Of a DNA stretch of 64,000 nt, positions 1 to 12,334 are shown in pieces; the stretch's first letter is position 1, and each line of letters starts with the position of its first letter. The DNA is from Callorhinchus milii (lineage: Eukaryota). The notes under the pieces were generated by a model. The model ran no database searches. It was not told the DNA's origin and saw nothing but the letters and a program-made list of their open reading frames with translations. A program made the translations under genes and the position numbers. Where the stretch lies: assembly GCF_018977255.1 (NCBI RefSeq), contig NW_024704743.1, positions 49,044,001 to 49,108,000 on the forward strand, in the 5' to 3' direction.

Positions 1-39
1 GGATTTTTAGCCAAATCAACCACCATATTTAAAACAAGT

Positions 40-130
40 AAGAATACAGATGATTCAGAACCGGGCAATTTGTTCGATTTACCTGACTTCCGAATTAACC
101 GGGGTCTGGCAAAAGCGGATTCCACTGTAT
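40..130 (-). mobile_element. Terminal remnant of a Tc1/mariner (Tigger/pogo-like) DNA transposon or MITE
   Basis: Reverse complement reads TA|CAGTGGAATCCGCTTTTGCCAGACCCCGGTTAATTCGG: a TA target site followed by a CAGT start, typical of Tigger-type TIRs. Confidence 0.4.
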
Positions 131-1014
131 TTGCATTTAATACAGCACTTGTGATCAAGACATCTCAAGGCATTTAAGAGGATTTTACTGGGAAGTGTAG
201 TGACTGTGCACAATATTATTTTTTTAAACAGAATATTTCACAAAGCTGTTTAACACATTTCTCTCTGTGAGCCTTCCAGTTTTGTTATTAAATTAATAAC
301 ACCCTCCCAAGATGAATGATTCTTTGAGGGTCTCTACATTTAGTGTTCAGGAAAATCATTTTCCGCTTCTCGTCTGGTCTATAAATCTACAAACCGTGGC
401 ATTATGTATTTATCATTAGGGACTTTATTATAAACTACAATACTACAAAAATCTTTACCTTTGAAGATTCACTCCTATGAAGTTTGGTCTCATGTTTTGC
501 CACATTGCAAGAATTTTCTTTGGTGATATTCTTATAACAGCTTTTTGAATTGGTTCACGTGAAATGAAATAGATTGTTCATTTCAGCAAAAGCAGGTTAA
601 AGCACTTAAAGCCAAGTACATAAAATCTTACACCTAATTTATTTTAGGTAATGAAACTTTCCCTTTCGATCATGCTAGTGAATAATTTCCATGAAATGCT
701 ATGAACAGATTGAGCTGATGTCTTGGATATCTGTACTGTATTAGTGTTGCAAATTGACATCATATATTACAATTTATAACAACAGAATTCACAACAATTT
801 AAGTAGTGTCGACAATTCATTTTACTGGTCAAGCGCCAGAATTTATGATGTAATAATGAACAAAAACAAATTTGAACCAAAATACATTTTTTTAAATTAA
901 GGCATAAATTAAGAGTAAGGATATTGAATTGAAAATCTTCTAATTCCGAAGAGGGTATTGGGGGTACGACAAAAGGCTGTACCAATGGGATCAATGGAAC
1001 CAATGGGACACCCA

Positions 1015-1440
1015 CCCTTGCCCGGCTCCACTGGCTCCCCATCCCTCAGAGGATCGAGTTCAAAATTCTCATCCTCACCTTCAAGGCCCTCCAGGGCCTT
1101 GTCCCCTCCTACCTCCCCGACCTGGTATCAACCATATCAACCTGTCCGCTCCCTCTGCTCAGCAGGCTCCGGCCTGCTCCATGTCCCCAGCCCGGCCCAG
1201 CACACCATTGGTGGTCGAGCCTTCAACCTCTCCGTCCCCACCCTCTGGAACTCCATCCCACATCCCCTTCACTCCACTCCCTCCTTTTCCTCCTTCAATG
1301 CACGACTCAAGACCCTCCTCTTCGACAATGCCTTCGGCCACCCTCCTGCCCTCTCTGCCCTCCAGGAGGGTCCTAATCCCAGACTGTTCAGCGTCTTGGG
1401 ACATGAAAGGCGCTTTACAAATGTAATTTTGTATTGTATT
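1015..1440 (+). mobile_element. L2-clade LINE, 5'-truncated 3' end
   Basis: C-rich ORF2 C-terminus (LHWLPI..RIEFKILILTFKAL, GGRAF, LWNS, LKTLLF), then a 3' stem-loop and (TTGTA)n tail. Confidence 0.85.
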
Positions 1441-1889
1441 AAAAAATCTACGAAAATCTACCGAACTGATCCAATAAGCTGAAAGGGCTGAATGGCCTAT
1501 TTCGGTTCCTGTTTTCTTATCTTCCGAAAAGTTTCCCCCTTTTAAGAGTGCCTTCATTTAGGACTAAAAGTCTGGAATTCCTTATGAAATTTGTTCAACA
1601 ATCGGGAAAAATCACAAAAGGATTGTGCTCCTGAAGGCCTGTAATAGTCACTTTGTGGCCAGTATTTTCCTTTCTCACCTTCTGTCAGACTTTTCAAGCC
1701 TTTTCTAGGTCAAAAAATGCCAGCCGTGATAAACCGGGAGTCAGGATTGTGTAAATCCCTAAAAGTCTAACAAAATATCATCCTCAAATCAACAAATCAA
1801 TCTTTGTTAAACCTCTTGGATTGTGATTCCTCCCCCACACACCCAATTTATTATTCAAATTGAATCCCACAAACTGGAAGCCTGAGAAC

Positions 1890-2027
1890 TATTAGGGAAG
1901 GACAAGTTTGCAGAGATATGGGGAGAGCAGGGGAGTGGGATTGAATTGGATAGCTCTTTTCACAGAGCCAGCACAGACCGGATTGCCCGAATGGCCTCCT
2001 TTTGTGCTGTATAATTCAATGATTCTA
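1890..2027 (+). mobile_element. CR1 LINE 3' UTR fragment
   Basis: gatatggggagagcagggg...gccagcacagac...gaatggcctccttttgtgctgta...attcaatgattcta, a CR1-type 3' end and tail. Confidence 0.7.
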
Positions 2028-2364
2028 GGATATTAGCGCATCAGCTTTCGGTTTGCAAAGGTAGGATTTCTAACACATAAAACCTTACATTCCCTGATAA
2101 AGGTTGTTGATAGAAATAAAGGTCAGACTGTCCAGAACAACACCAAGGATAATCTAAAAGAAGTCATGAAACCATTTTTATATTGTGTTGGTTTGGTTTG
2201 TAAATTCTGAGTGGAAATTTGACAGATTCCAGGGAAGTGCAATGGTGCAGCATAGTGGACCAGCAAATGGTACATTACAGAGTAGATCCAAGTTAGAGAT
2301 TGTGTTTACCCACATGCTAATTTCCTATTCAGCCGTTACACTACATGGTGGCACAGAATATAGA

Positions 2365-3214
2365 CTGTTCCTGCAGCTGAATGTGGACAAGATGGAAGCC
2401 ATACTCCTTGGCCCCGTCAATGTCTTCACTCCTGCAGATCTGAATTCCTCAACCTCCCTGGGCTCTACCTCAGACTCAACGAACCAGTGCACAATCTAGG
2501 CGTCCGGTTCAACCCCCCAGCTATCCTTCCTCCACCACATCCGGTCCCTGACCACGACCACCTCCTTCCACCTCCGCACATTGCCCGCTTCCGACCGTAC
2601 CTTATCCCAAATGCAGCCGAAACCCTCGTGCATGCGTTTGTCACTTCCCGCTGGATTACTCAAACACACTCCTCACCGGTCTCCTGAGCTCCACCATTCA
2701 CAAAATCCAGCCCATTCAGAACTCTGCCGCCCTCATACTGACCCGGACCAAACTCCGTACCCACATCTCACCAGTTCTGGCCAGGCTCCACTGGCTCCCC
2801 ATCAACAAACAGATCAACTTCAAGATCTTCCCACTCGTGTTCAAATCCCTTCACTCCCTGGCACCTCCTTATCTCTCCAACCTCCTCACTCCCCAATCCA
2901 CCACCCGGCACCTCCGTTCGACTGGCACTGGCCTCCTGCTTATCTCTCATGCCGTCCGATCCACCATTGGAGGTCGCGAATTCAGCCATTGTGCCCCCAA
3001 ACAATGGAACACTCTCCCTCAATCCCTCTACCTTGCCCGCTCCCTCCCTTTTTTCAAGTCCCGCCTGAAAACTTTCCTATTCGACCATTCGCACGCTTAC
3101 AATCACCTCACCGCCCTCCACCCCGCGGCTCGGAGTCAGATTCCGCCACTGTTAAGCGCTCTGAGACGCTATCCTGCATGGAGGGCGCTATATAAGTGCA
3201 AGTTGTTGTTGTTG
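2365..3214 (+). mobile_element. L2-clade LINE 3' fragment
   Basis: FLQLNVDKMEAILL, AETLVHAFVTSR, LHWLP, GGREFSH..PKQWN; ends ttaagcgctctgagac...gcaag(TTG)n. Confidence 0.88.
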
Positions 3215-3794
3215 CCTCACAAGGAAAATAGGTAAACACATCTGGAGAATCCCATAGTATACCTATTGGTAGTCATCTTTATCATTCATTACATCACCTC
3301 AAGACAATAAAAGAAAAATTCTCTTTGCCAGCACTTTTAGTGACCTAGCCCTATCCCCTAATCTCCACACAGCTTGGGTCCCACTCGATCACTGCAAAGT
3401 GCTTTTTGAAACATACTCCCAGTGTGAAAAGTACCATATAAGTGAAAACTGTATAGTACTTTTTCATGGAGCAGCATAATTCTTTATCTAATGCACCTTC
3501 ATCTGTAATTCTACTATTGTATCCTCATACTGTGTCCTTGGTTCTGCAGAAATCAGAATTGGTCTTTTAAATCAGATTATACAAGTGAATTCAAAATACA
3601 TAAAAATAAAAATCTGAATGAAATCTAAAATAGAAAGTTGCAGGGAAAGAGCCCGAAGACACTGGACTATTTTTTTTTAAAAAAACAGCTTTATTCTGTA
3701 ATGGGAGAATAGTAAGGTAGGTGTTCTGGAAGTATGAGATCAAATGAGTCAAATGGCCTTGTTTCATTTGACTTCATCTTAGTGACAGAGTGTG

Positions 3795-4095
3795 TCAGCC
3801 TGGCTCAGTTGGTAGCACTCTTGCCTCCGAGTCAGAAAGTTGTGGTTTCAAGGCCCATGTTGGTACTTGGAATCACATAGTCTAGGCTGACACTGCAATG
3901 CACTGCAGGAGTGCCCTGTATTGATGGAGGTGCCGTCCTTCACCTGCCTATTAAGGTAGATGTTAACATTCCTATTGGAAAAAAGACGAGAGGTGTCCTG
4001 TTCAACAATTACCCAAATAAAATTGGTCACTCAATTCATGGTGTTTCTGCATGGTGTTTTCGCTGTGCACAGAATGGCTACGGAGTTCCCCCCCA
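3795..4095 (+). mobile_element. Old Deu-domain SINE (SacSINE1/AmnSINE1-like)
   Basis: tRNA-like head tggctcagttggtagcactcttgcctccgagtcagaaag, followed by decayed Deu-like aattggtcactcaattcatgg...gctgtgcacagaatggct. Confidence 0.65.
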
Positions 4096-4529
4096 AAATA
4101 CTCCACTTCCCCCACCTCTGCAACATGACTCGCCTCCACCACGACCACTCCCCTTGGGCCACCAAGTCACATGAAAAATAGATGGCTTAGGCACATACAT
4201 AAAATACCTCCAAAGTGATGAAGCAGATGGGTGCATAACTATTCAGAGCATCAGGAAGCTCAGGCAGATGGGTCCATAACTAACCAGACTGCCAAGCACA
4301 CAACCATCCTAATCACCACAGAGATCAGATTCACTGGAGCGGGCCAGCACAACGCCACAGTGCTTTGGAGCACCAACACACGGCAGCTTTAAAGTAATGG
4401 GATATTATTCTGGGTTTCCTGCAAGCTGAGCTTCTAACCTCAATTGCATCTTTGTGGAAAGGGCGGGAGGAGAGAATGGGAGGTCCATGAGGACCAGTCA
4501 CCTCATGGTAATCTTGTAATTAGACACAT

Positions 4530-4858
4530 TCCTTACTCGCCACTCCTGATAACTCATCACTGAGGTCTTTTCCCTTGGAACAACGCATCAAATAAGTTGA
4601 AAATGGAATCCATAAACAAATCTCAAACCATTCTCACTGGGTAGAATGAAAATTTTCTATTAGTGTAAGTTATATTTTATACTCATAACTGATAACTCAC
4701 CCTGGCTTAACTTGCCATTACCACTGAAGTCATTGCGCTGTCAATATCCCGGCCACATTTATTTATGTATTTATACATTTGCCTAACTCGCCACTCCTGA
4801 TAACTCGTCACTGAGTCCTTTTCCCTTGGAGTGCCGAGTTATTAGGAGTTTACTGTAT
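4530..4858 (-). mobile_element. Tigger/pogo-like transposon remnant with a duplicated subterminal repeat
   Basis: Reverse complement TA|CAGTAAACTCCTAATAACTCGGCAC at ~4856. The ~45-nt block actcgccactcctgataactc.tcactgag..cttttcccttgga occurs at ~4535 and ~4786. Confidence 0.5.
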
Positions 4859-5902
4859 ACAGTGATATTTTTAACATTTTATTTTAGTATGTTTGTGCCC
4901 ATGGTGACATTTTCACAGGTCAGAGCATTAATTCACTTAGTTTATTTCGTGCCATGAAGCCACAGAGTAAAAACTCAAGAGACCTTTTTTCATCAGAGTC
5001 TGGCATTTATTTCCCATTGGTGCATTGGAAATATATCAGTGTGTCAGGTTGGAAATGGTCTCATGTGAAGCATAACCGGCAAAAAGCTATTTTCACTGCC
5101 GCTAAATATTTTTACAAAATAAAAAGCACAAGAGCATTTAGACATCTAACTGAGCACCTCCGTAATTTTTTTTAATGAAATAATATTTTTTGGCTCATCG
5201 TTAATTCAGACTGTTTTGCATAATATTAAATAAAATTCTAGTGTCATGTTTCGAGTGTCTCATTAATACTACCATCCACAAATTATACGTCCAACAGCAA
5301 ATCCGCAGAGGATTTGACCCAACATTTGCATTGGGGCAAAATGCATTTCATCATGAAGTGCAAATAAAACACAATTTGGTCTGATATGCAGTAATTAGTA
5401 ACATGATTCTTTCATGTCAGTGTTTAATGTTGGTTGTCAAATGACCAACTTATAAATAAATAATAATAATCCTTGCATATGATATATCGCTTTATTATGT
5501 TGTCAAAACGTCTCAAAGTCATGCACAGGACTCTGAAATTTAAGTGACTATGCATTTTTTAAACATAACAAGGAGTTATTCTCCTTGAGGAGGAGGTGGG
5601 ATCATAACTGGGGTTTTCTTGTGGCCGAACTGGTTCTAAGGTAACATACTTTCAACAGTCAAGCCTCTGTAGTGGTTTTGGAAGTCTGGTGCCACTCTTG
5701 ACACAAGGAAATTTCCATATGTAGATGGCAGACATACGTGGAACTCTGTCTGATTTGGATACTATTAAGCATAGTGATGGGTTTCTACTCCCTCCCTCCC
5801 TTCTTTCAAGGCACTACATTATAACCTAAATTTCTTATCACAGGATAATTGTGCAGTATGTACAACTATCCATCAAGAACCGTGTTTCATTTAAATAAGA
5901 AT

Positions 5903-6709
5903 AATTTGGTCATCCAATCCACGACTGCTTGTGGGACACTGCTGTGTGCAATTGGCCCCCGAGTTTTGCCCACAAAAACACAATCAATCCACTTTACAGT
6001 ATTGTACAGTGGAGTCCTGTAGCTCAGCGTTTAGAGCACTCGCCTTGCAGGTGAGAGACCTGGGTTTGATTCCCGGCAGGACGAAACTTGGGCAAGTTTC
6101 CTTACTCTACATGGCTCTGTTCACTTGTTTATTTGTTTCGTCCACAAATAATAATGATAATAATCCTTGCATTTGATATAGCGCTTTTCACGTCTTCTAG
6201 ACGTCTCAAAGCGCTTCACAGAATATGCTGTAAAGTGAATTGACTGTATACTTGTGGGCGAAATATACAGTTAATTCACTTTACAGTACATTCTGTGAAG
6301 CGCTTTGAGACGTCTAGAAGATGTGAAAAGCTCTATATCAAATGCAAGGATTATTATTATTATTATTATTACTCAGCAGTAAGTAGGAACCCAGTTGTTA
6401 GTCAATTGGTGAATCACTTTTCTGGGGGAAATAATTCCTTCAAAAAAAATAATAAATTGGTCACTTCAATCCACGACTGTTTGTGGGACACTGCTGTGCG
6501 CAATTGGATGCCGTGTTTCGACCCCAGAATATACAGTCAATTCACTTTACAGTATCTTCTGTGAAGAATTTTGAGACGTCTCGAAGACGTTATATCAAAT
6601 GCAAGGATTATTATTATTATATTCTGTGAAATGCTTTGAGATATCTCAATTGAGACGTCTCGAACACGTGATAAGGCAGTATATCAAATTCAAGGATTAT
6701 TATTATTAT
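5903..6709. mobile_element. Nested cluster of four tRNA-headed Deu-domain SINE pieces
   Basis: Outer SINE 5903-6004 and 6619-6709. Long SINE head 6009-6124 with body 6372-6619. Inner inverted pair 6125-6371. All carry the ...gtgaagcgctttgagacgtc...aaatgcaagga(TTA)n tail. Confidence 0.85.
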
Positions 6710-8778
6710 TGCATCTGAAAATCTACCTCTTTGATTGCACTTTCAGTCATGTTTCCCCTCCTCCTCCCCTTTGACTCCCATCCCCAGTTCAGGTGCTCAT
6801 CCAGTACTGCAAAATGAGCTTTGGGACATCCGCCCGATATTAAACTTGCTATATAAATGTAAATTGTATTGTATTGCATGTGTCGGGCACCTGGCTGACC
6901 AAAACAAAAGGTTCTTTAATAAAGAGACTCATTGTGGGAGAGTGGGGAGGAAGAGAAATATTTGACTAGGCAGAGTTTCTTATTCTGGGCAGTGAGATTT
7001 TGATGAGATCAAAGAAGTTGATGTGGTTGTCCAAGACAAGGTGAGGGATGGAGATAGCATTGTTGGAGACAGAACAGTTTTTTTNAGGGTGATGCACAAG
7101 GGATGATGATAGGAGACTAGCTGGCAGCATGAGGGGAAATGGATTTGTGGTCATAGCAATCGGATGAAGGAGGAGTCATGCCTGTGGAGGTGCCAATGTG
7201 ATCACCTGTGCTGACAGTGTATGGGTGTGTGGGGTGGGGGGGAGAATCTACGGTGGTGGTGCAGAGATCTATATTGCCTTTGTGGGAAGCTGCCCTGCCT
7301 GTGTTGGGGTGGGGGGAGGGGGAAGGGGGAGAGTGTCTGAGGTGCCTGTGTGAAGAATTTGTGTCAGAAGCAAACATATAACAATAATCTTTACATTGGT
7401 ATTGTGCCTTTCACGTCAGGATGACATCCCAAAACGCTTCATGGGTTATATTGTAATGTGTAATGATTGTGTTTCTTTTATAGGCGAACGCGGCAGCCAT
7501 GAAATGGAACAGATTGAGAAGGAGACGCAGAAAGGCAAAAGATAAAATATGAACACAAAAGATGAACAGTTACAGTCTTCTAGGCTTGTGGCTTCCTCTG
7601 TTCTTTTTCTTACCCTTCACTTTGACCTGATCCTAGAATTACTTTATTCCTATGGTTTCTTTCTCTTTACTGATAATTATTTTTATCTGCTTTTTCTCTC
7701 TTTCTCGTTCCTTGCCTCTAAATCCATTCGTATTCCTTCCCTACTTGAATTTTTGCTTCATTTCTCTCTCTTTTACTCTTTGCCATTCCCACAGCGCTAC
7801 ATCCGATGATGTCGCCATTCCAATACACACCGCATTCAATTTGATATACAAAATAATATCACAACCTCACTAGTGCATGTCCAATTAAACATAAACACTC
7901 ACATTACTTTGGGTTGTTGTAAAAATAATTCATTAAAAAATTGTGTGGATATAGATAATCCTGCCTCTCTCACATTAACAAACTGAATATTTTTTATTGG
8001 GTATCTCACATGAGGAAAGAGTTAACCCTAACATCAAGGGGAATCTGTATAAGACCAGTCAGCAGAATTAACACAATATGAACGTCAGGTTATCTATAAA
8101 TCTACATAGACGTTTCCAGCTAATTACTTTACATAATGCAAGAAATTGAAGTGCATTTATACATAAATGGTACAAATGTCTGAGGTCATGTAATTAATTA
8201 TGAGCATTCATGTTAAACATAATATATTTTTTAACTCCATTGGGAAAGGTCCAAATGCGAATCTGTTAAATTATTTTGTTCTCTTCTGACAGAGCTTTTA
8301 TTAGCTTAAACTTTCCACAGTTAAGCAAAGTCTTGGTACAATTACAACAGAGAATTTTAAGTCTCCCCTCAACCCTCACCCATACCCCCATTTGCTCATT
8401 TTACAACAATGTTTTGCTGTATTTGGTTCAGAGCATTGGGATTATATAAATATCATTCATTTCCACAAAGTCATTAGCAAAACATTAAGCACTACAGCAT
8501 ACCCCCCACTGACAGTTAAAAAAANTACATTCCTGGCGTGTGTAGATGCACAATGTAGAATTATTGAACTGAAAAGGATGTAATTTTTCCCTGTACTATT
8601 ACTTCATTATACAGCTTCCGAAGTTCAAAATTACAATGATTATCAATCACACGCATTGTGGCAGAATTGTTATATTACCTCAGTGCTGCACTAAAATATA
8701 AAGTCCATCCTTTGTAACTTCACTTTTTATTACAATGAGTTCTACCAAAAAATAACTAAGAATTAATATCCAATGTAG

Positions 8779-9102
8779 TAATAATAATAATAATAATAAT
8801 AATCCTTGCATTTGATATAGCGCTTTTCACGTCGGGAGGACGTCCCAAAGCGCTTCACAGAATAGACTGTAAAGTGAATTGACTGTATATTTGTGGGCGA
8901 ACGCGGCAGCCAATTGCGCACAGCAATGTCCCACAAACAGTCGTAGATTGAAAATGACCAATTTATTATTGCTTTGTTTTGGAGGGATTATTATTAGGCG
9001 TGTGGAGTAAGGAAACTTGCCCAAGGTTTCGCCCTGCCTGGAATTGAACTCAGGTCTCTCACTTGCAAAGCGAGTGCTCTAACCACTGAGCTACAGGACT
9101 CC
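8779..9102 (-). mobile_element. Full-length tRNA-derived Deu-domain SINE (short subfamily)
   Basis: A box (tagctcagtgg), B-box-like gagttcaattcc, Deu-like ctgtttgtgggacattgctgtgcgcaattggctgccgcgttcg, L2-like 3' end and (TTA)n tail. Confidence 0.9.
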
Positions 9103-10375
9103 AGTCCTGAATGTCCCTCTGGCTTCGAGTAAAGGTATAGATTTTATACCAGTCAGAAAGCTGTCAATTAGGAACCTTAGGAAAAATCTCAATATTGGTC
9201 TCATTTGACACCAATTGCTGCTAATGCTATTTGTTAAGCCTATATTTTCTTATCAGCCCTCAATCATTGCCCATCTTTATCGATTAGTCTATGCTTATTA
9301 TATTAGGGCATGGAGGCACTAGACAAAATATTAAAAATTTAAAATAAAGTTTAGATGAAAAAAGGGCCTTTTTTACAAAATGTTTGCATTATACATTGGT
9401 GTTTTGTTAAGGTAATTCTGAGATCATCTTAAAATGGTTTTTGTTCTGCGTATTCACAATAAGAGAATAATTGCACAGTGGCCAGCGTCCAATGCAAGTA
9501 TACAAATATGTGTAGAATTTCAATACAGTATCTTCCTTTTGAGTCGAACAGACTTTTGTTTGCAACCCAGTGGAATCAATTCATCAGTGACTGTGAAGGA
9601 ACATTCCCCTGGAAAAATAAGACAGTTTGGGGGCAAAATCAAACATGAATGGATTTAGAGGAATTTATTTTGAAAGGATTGGAGGTTAAAATGGTGTATA
9701 AGTTATGAAATTTACAAAACAACGGAACTCCAATGGCATTCTAATATGGAGTTTGAGCTCTTCAAAAGGAGACTCTGAGTTATAACAGAGTGCATTGTAG
9801 TGAGGTCACTTCTGGGATTGTCAGCATTACTACGATATCATTGAGCTGTCTTGTTCCTGCTTGCCGTGTGCATAGAACTGACATGTTCCTGGGGACTGCT
9901 ACCATAAGCATTTTCAGTGGTTCCTGGGGATGCCACTACCATCAGAAGCCGTCTGCACATGTGCACCATGCCCAGGAAGTCAGACAGTATACAGAGCCAC
10001 AGTATGTTGTGGGGCCACTGTGTAGCCATACGAAATCTGAACCTGAAGAGCGTTATTTAACAGGGTCAGACTGCAATTGCAATCTCCAAACGCCATCAAT
10101 GTACAGTGCTCAGCATCGCTGCATCAATTCAAAACCTGATTTCAAAATACAATTAGAAACATCCTTACAGTCAGTGACTGAATCATTCCACTTGGCTTTG
10201 TGTTTTTGTTTAAATATTTATGTATATTAGTTGCCCTGGTTGGGCGACACTATTTGAATATGTCTCAAATAGTTAAGCCACAGCTTTTCAAATTCAATAC
10301 TTTAAAAGTTGCTTTGTAAAAATTGGGGGAGGGGAAGTTAAAAAGGTTCATAAATACTTGACTTATTTGAGGTAC

Positions 10376-10459
10376 CTCAAACAATGGCTTGCAGATCCCA
10401 TCAATCCACTCCAGCTGAAGTCCTGGCAACTCGTCCTTCCTATTCCGGTCAAAGATAGC
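10376..10459 (-). CDS. PDE11A: PDE11A coding exon (penultimate in orthologues), 84 nt, AIFDRNRKDELPGLQLEWIDGICKPLFE
   Basis: ctacag|GCT...GAG|gtacct. Invariant substrate-binding Gln followed by the PDE11-type Trp (LQLEW) where most other PDEs have Phe; visible in ORF 10265..10537. Confidence 0.96.
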
Positions 10460-12334
10460 CTGTAGAATATTTGGGAAGATAGAATTGTGTTTCAGCGCAC
10501 GTCCAAGAGCACAGTTACTGCAAGGCCTGACATTCACTGGCTGCTAATGGCAGTAATAACTCAGAGTTCTTCATGCATTTTTACCCACATTTTGCATGTT
10601 CACTATCAAGGTCAAAAGATTAATTCATTGCTCACTCCATGCATGTATGATTTTAGAGCATGAAGATGCATTAATTCTGTTAAAAGCAAACAAAATAATG
10701 AAAGACTCCTAATGAAGGGAAATTATAACACAAGTCAAGTAAGGTGTTGACAACCTATAAATCATCTATCCCTCGTGTGCAATTTATAATCAAATTATGA
10801 GTGCAGTTCAGCAGAAAGCATTTGCCTACACATCAATGTATTTCACTCCGTGTCAGCTGTGACATTACTAGTCATGGGACTGGTTGCTCACTGGCCATAA
10901 CACTTAATATTCAGCAAGATTTTTCTTTCGAAAGCCTAATCAGAACACACAGCAAATACTGTCTAATAAATACCTGGTTTGTTTATTTACGACGTTTACA
11001 CTGTTTAGAATTTCATTAAACTAGAATACATCCTTAGAATTTAGTTAAGGCTTTGACACTATTCAGGAATTTGATTAAAAAATAATACTCTGAATGCCCA
11101 CACAAAATAACAGCATTGAATGAAATGGCTAGGACAATAGTTTCTGTGGCAGCTGTTAAAGGTCGCATTGGAATTAGGTTTAATTGGCCGTCTTAGTCCC
11201 CAGTGAACATGTAGAAACAGGAAATAAAACACAGCTCAGAATTTAGCACTAACATGTGACCTATTCTTTAGTAATAAAGTAGAACAGATGATCCTGATCT
11301 GAGAGTGTGTGGAATACAAGAAGTTCTGCTAAAGTATAGGGTTTCTGAACATGAGCTTGATGTGTATTTTTATTGGTTGATAAGAACAGACCAGTGCTAG
11401 GCAATTTGATTTAGGAATCCTACTGTAATATCAACAGAGCAGAAAGTGGACAAGTCCATTTTCCGGTTTCGACAAGACTTTCTTAATGGAAATTTGCAGA
11501 TGAAATTCTGTTTTTCAGTAAATGTAATGCCATTGGAGATGAGTTAAAATGTGAGGAATTTCACTATTAAAATTGGCCATATTAGCACACCTGGAACCCT
11601 ATCTCATTATTAATAGCCATTGCTAAAATTAATAGCGGGGCTCTGTAAATTGGTTAATTAATCATTGAAATTGCTTGGAAAACATGTTAGCTGGATTTGA
11701 GGTTAACATTTTGTAGGTGCTAAAATTCCTTCAGGTTCTTTAATTAAATGCCAGCTTCTGTGAGATATTAAAATGGCTGTGGAGAGTGATGATCTATGTA
11801 GTGTTACTTGGTGTTGTATTATGACAGGAAGTAGTTGGAGGTTATCGATTTGGTGTGAAATATACGTTCTATATTTTGCTACTATTTTGAATGAAAGAAT
11901 ACACACAGAGGTCCTCTATAAGGCATTTGATTCTGACTCTGGGGCAATAGAGGACTCTGAATGAGGATGCAGAAGAGATAGAATTTATATTTACATAGAT
12001 TATACAGCATCAAAAAAGACATTCAGTCCGACTAGTGTTGGTGCTGGTGTTTTACTCCATGTGAGTCTACACCTACTCCTCACTCACTCCCATACCATTC
12101 TGTTCCTTTCTCCCTGATGTGTATACTTAGCTACCTCTTAAATGCATATGTACTATCTGCTTTAACCACCGAGTTTGTTTGAGGAAGAAGCTCAAGTGGC
12201 ACTGGTCAGTAGGCTGTTCTGGGGCTAGGGATTATCTAAACAGGCATAAAGTAGCCATCACAAAATACTGTCATTTCAGTTCATCCATCACTCTCTTCAA
12301 AAAACAACTTCTGGCCTTTATATAGCGGCCTTTA

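Noticed and set aside
286..545. Possible alternative terminal PDE11A exons (minus-strand AAG|gtaaag at ~457, ttgtag acceptor at ~388)
   Set aside because: No similarity to the PDE11A C-terminus, no good upstream acceptor, and a very short implied intron.
7085..8525. Single N bases at 7085 and 8525
   Set aside because: Consensus ambiguities next to homopolymers, not biological features.
9790..10230. 146-aa plus-strand ORF (similarly 29508..29936 and 30721..31101)
   Set aside because: No recognisable domain or splice support; length is compatible with chance.
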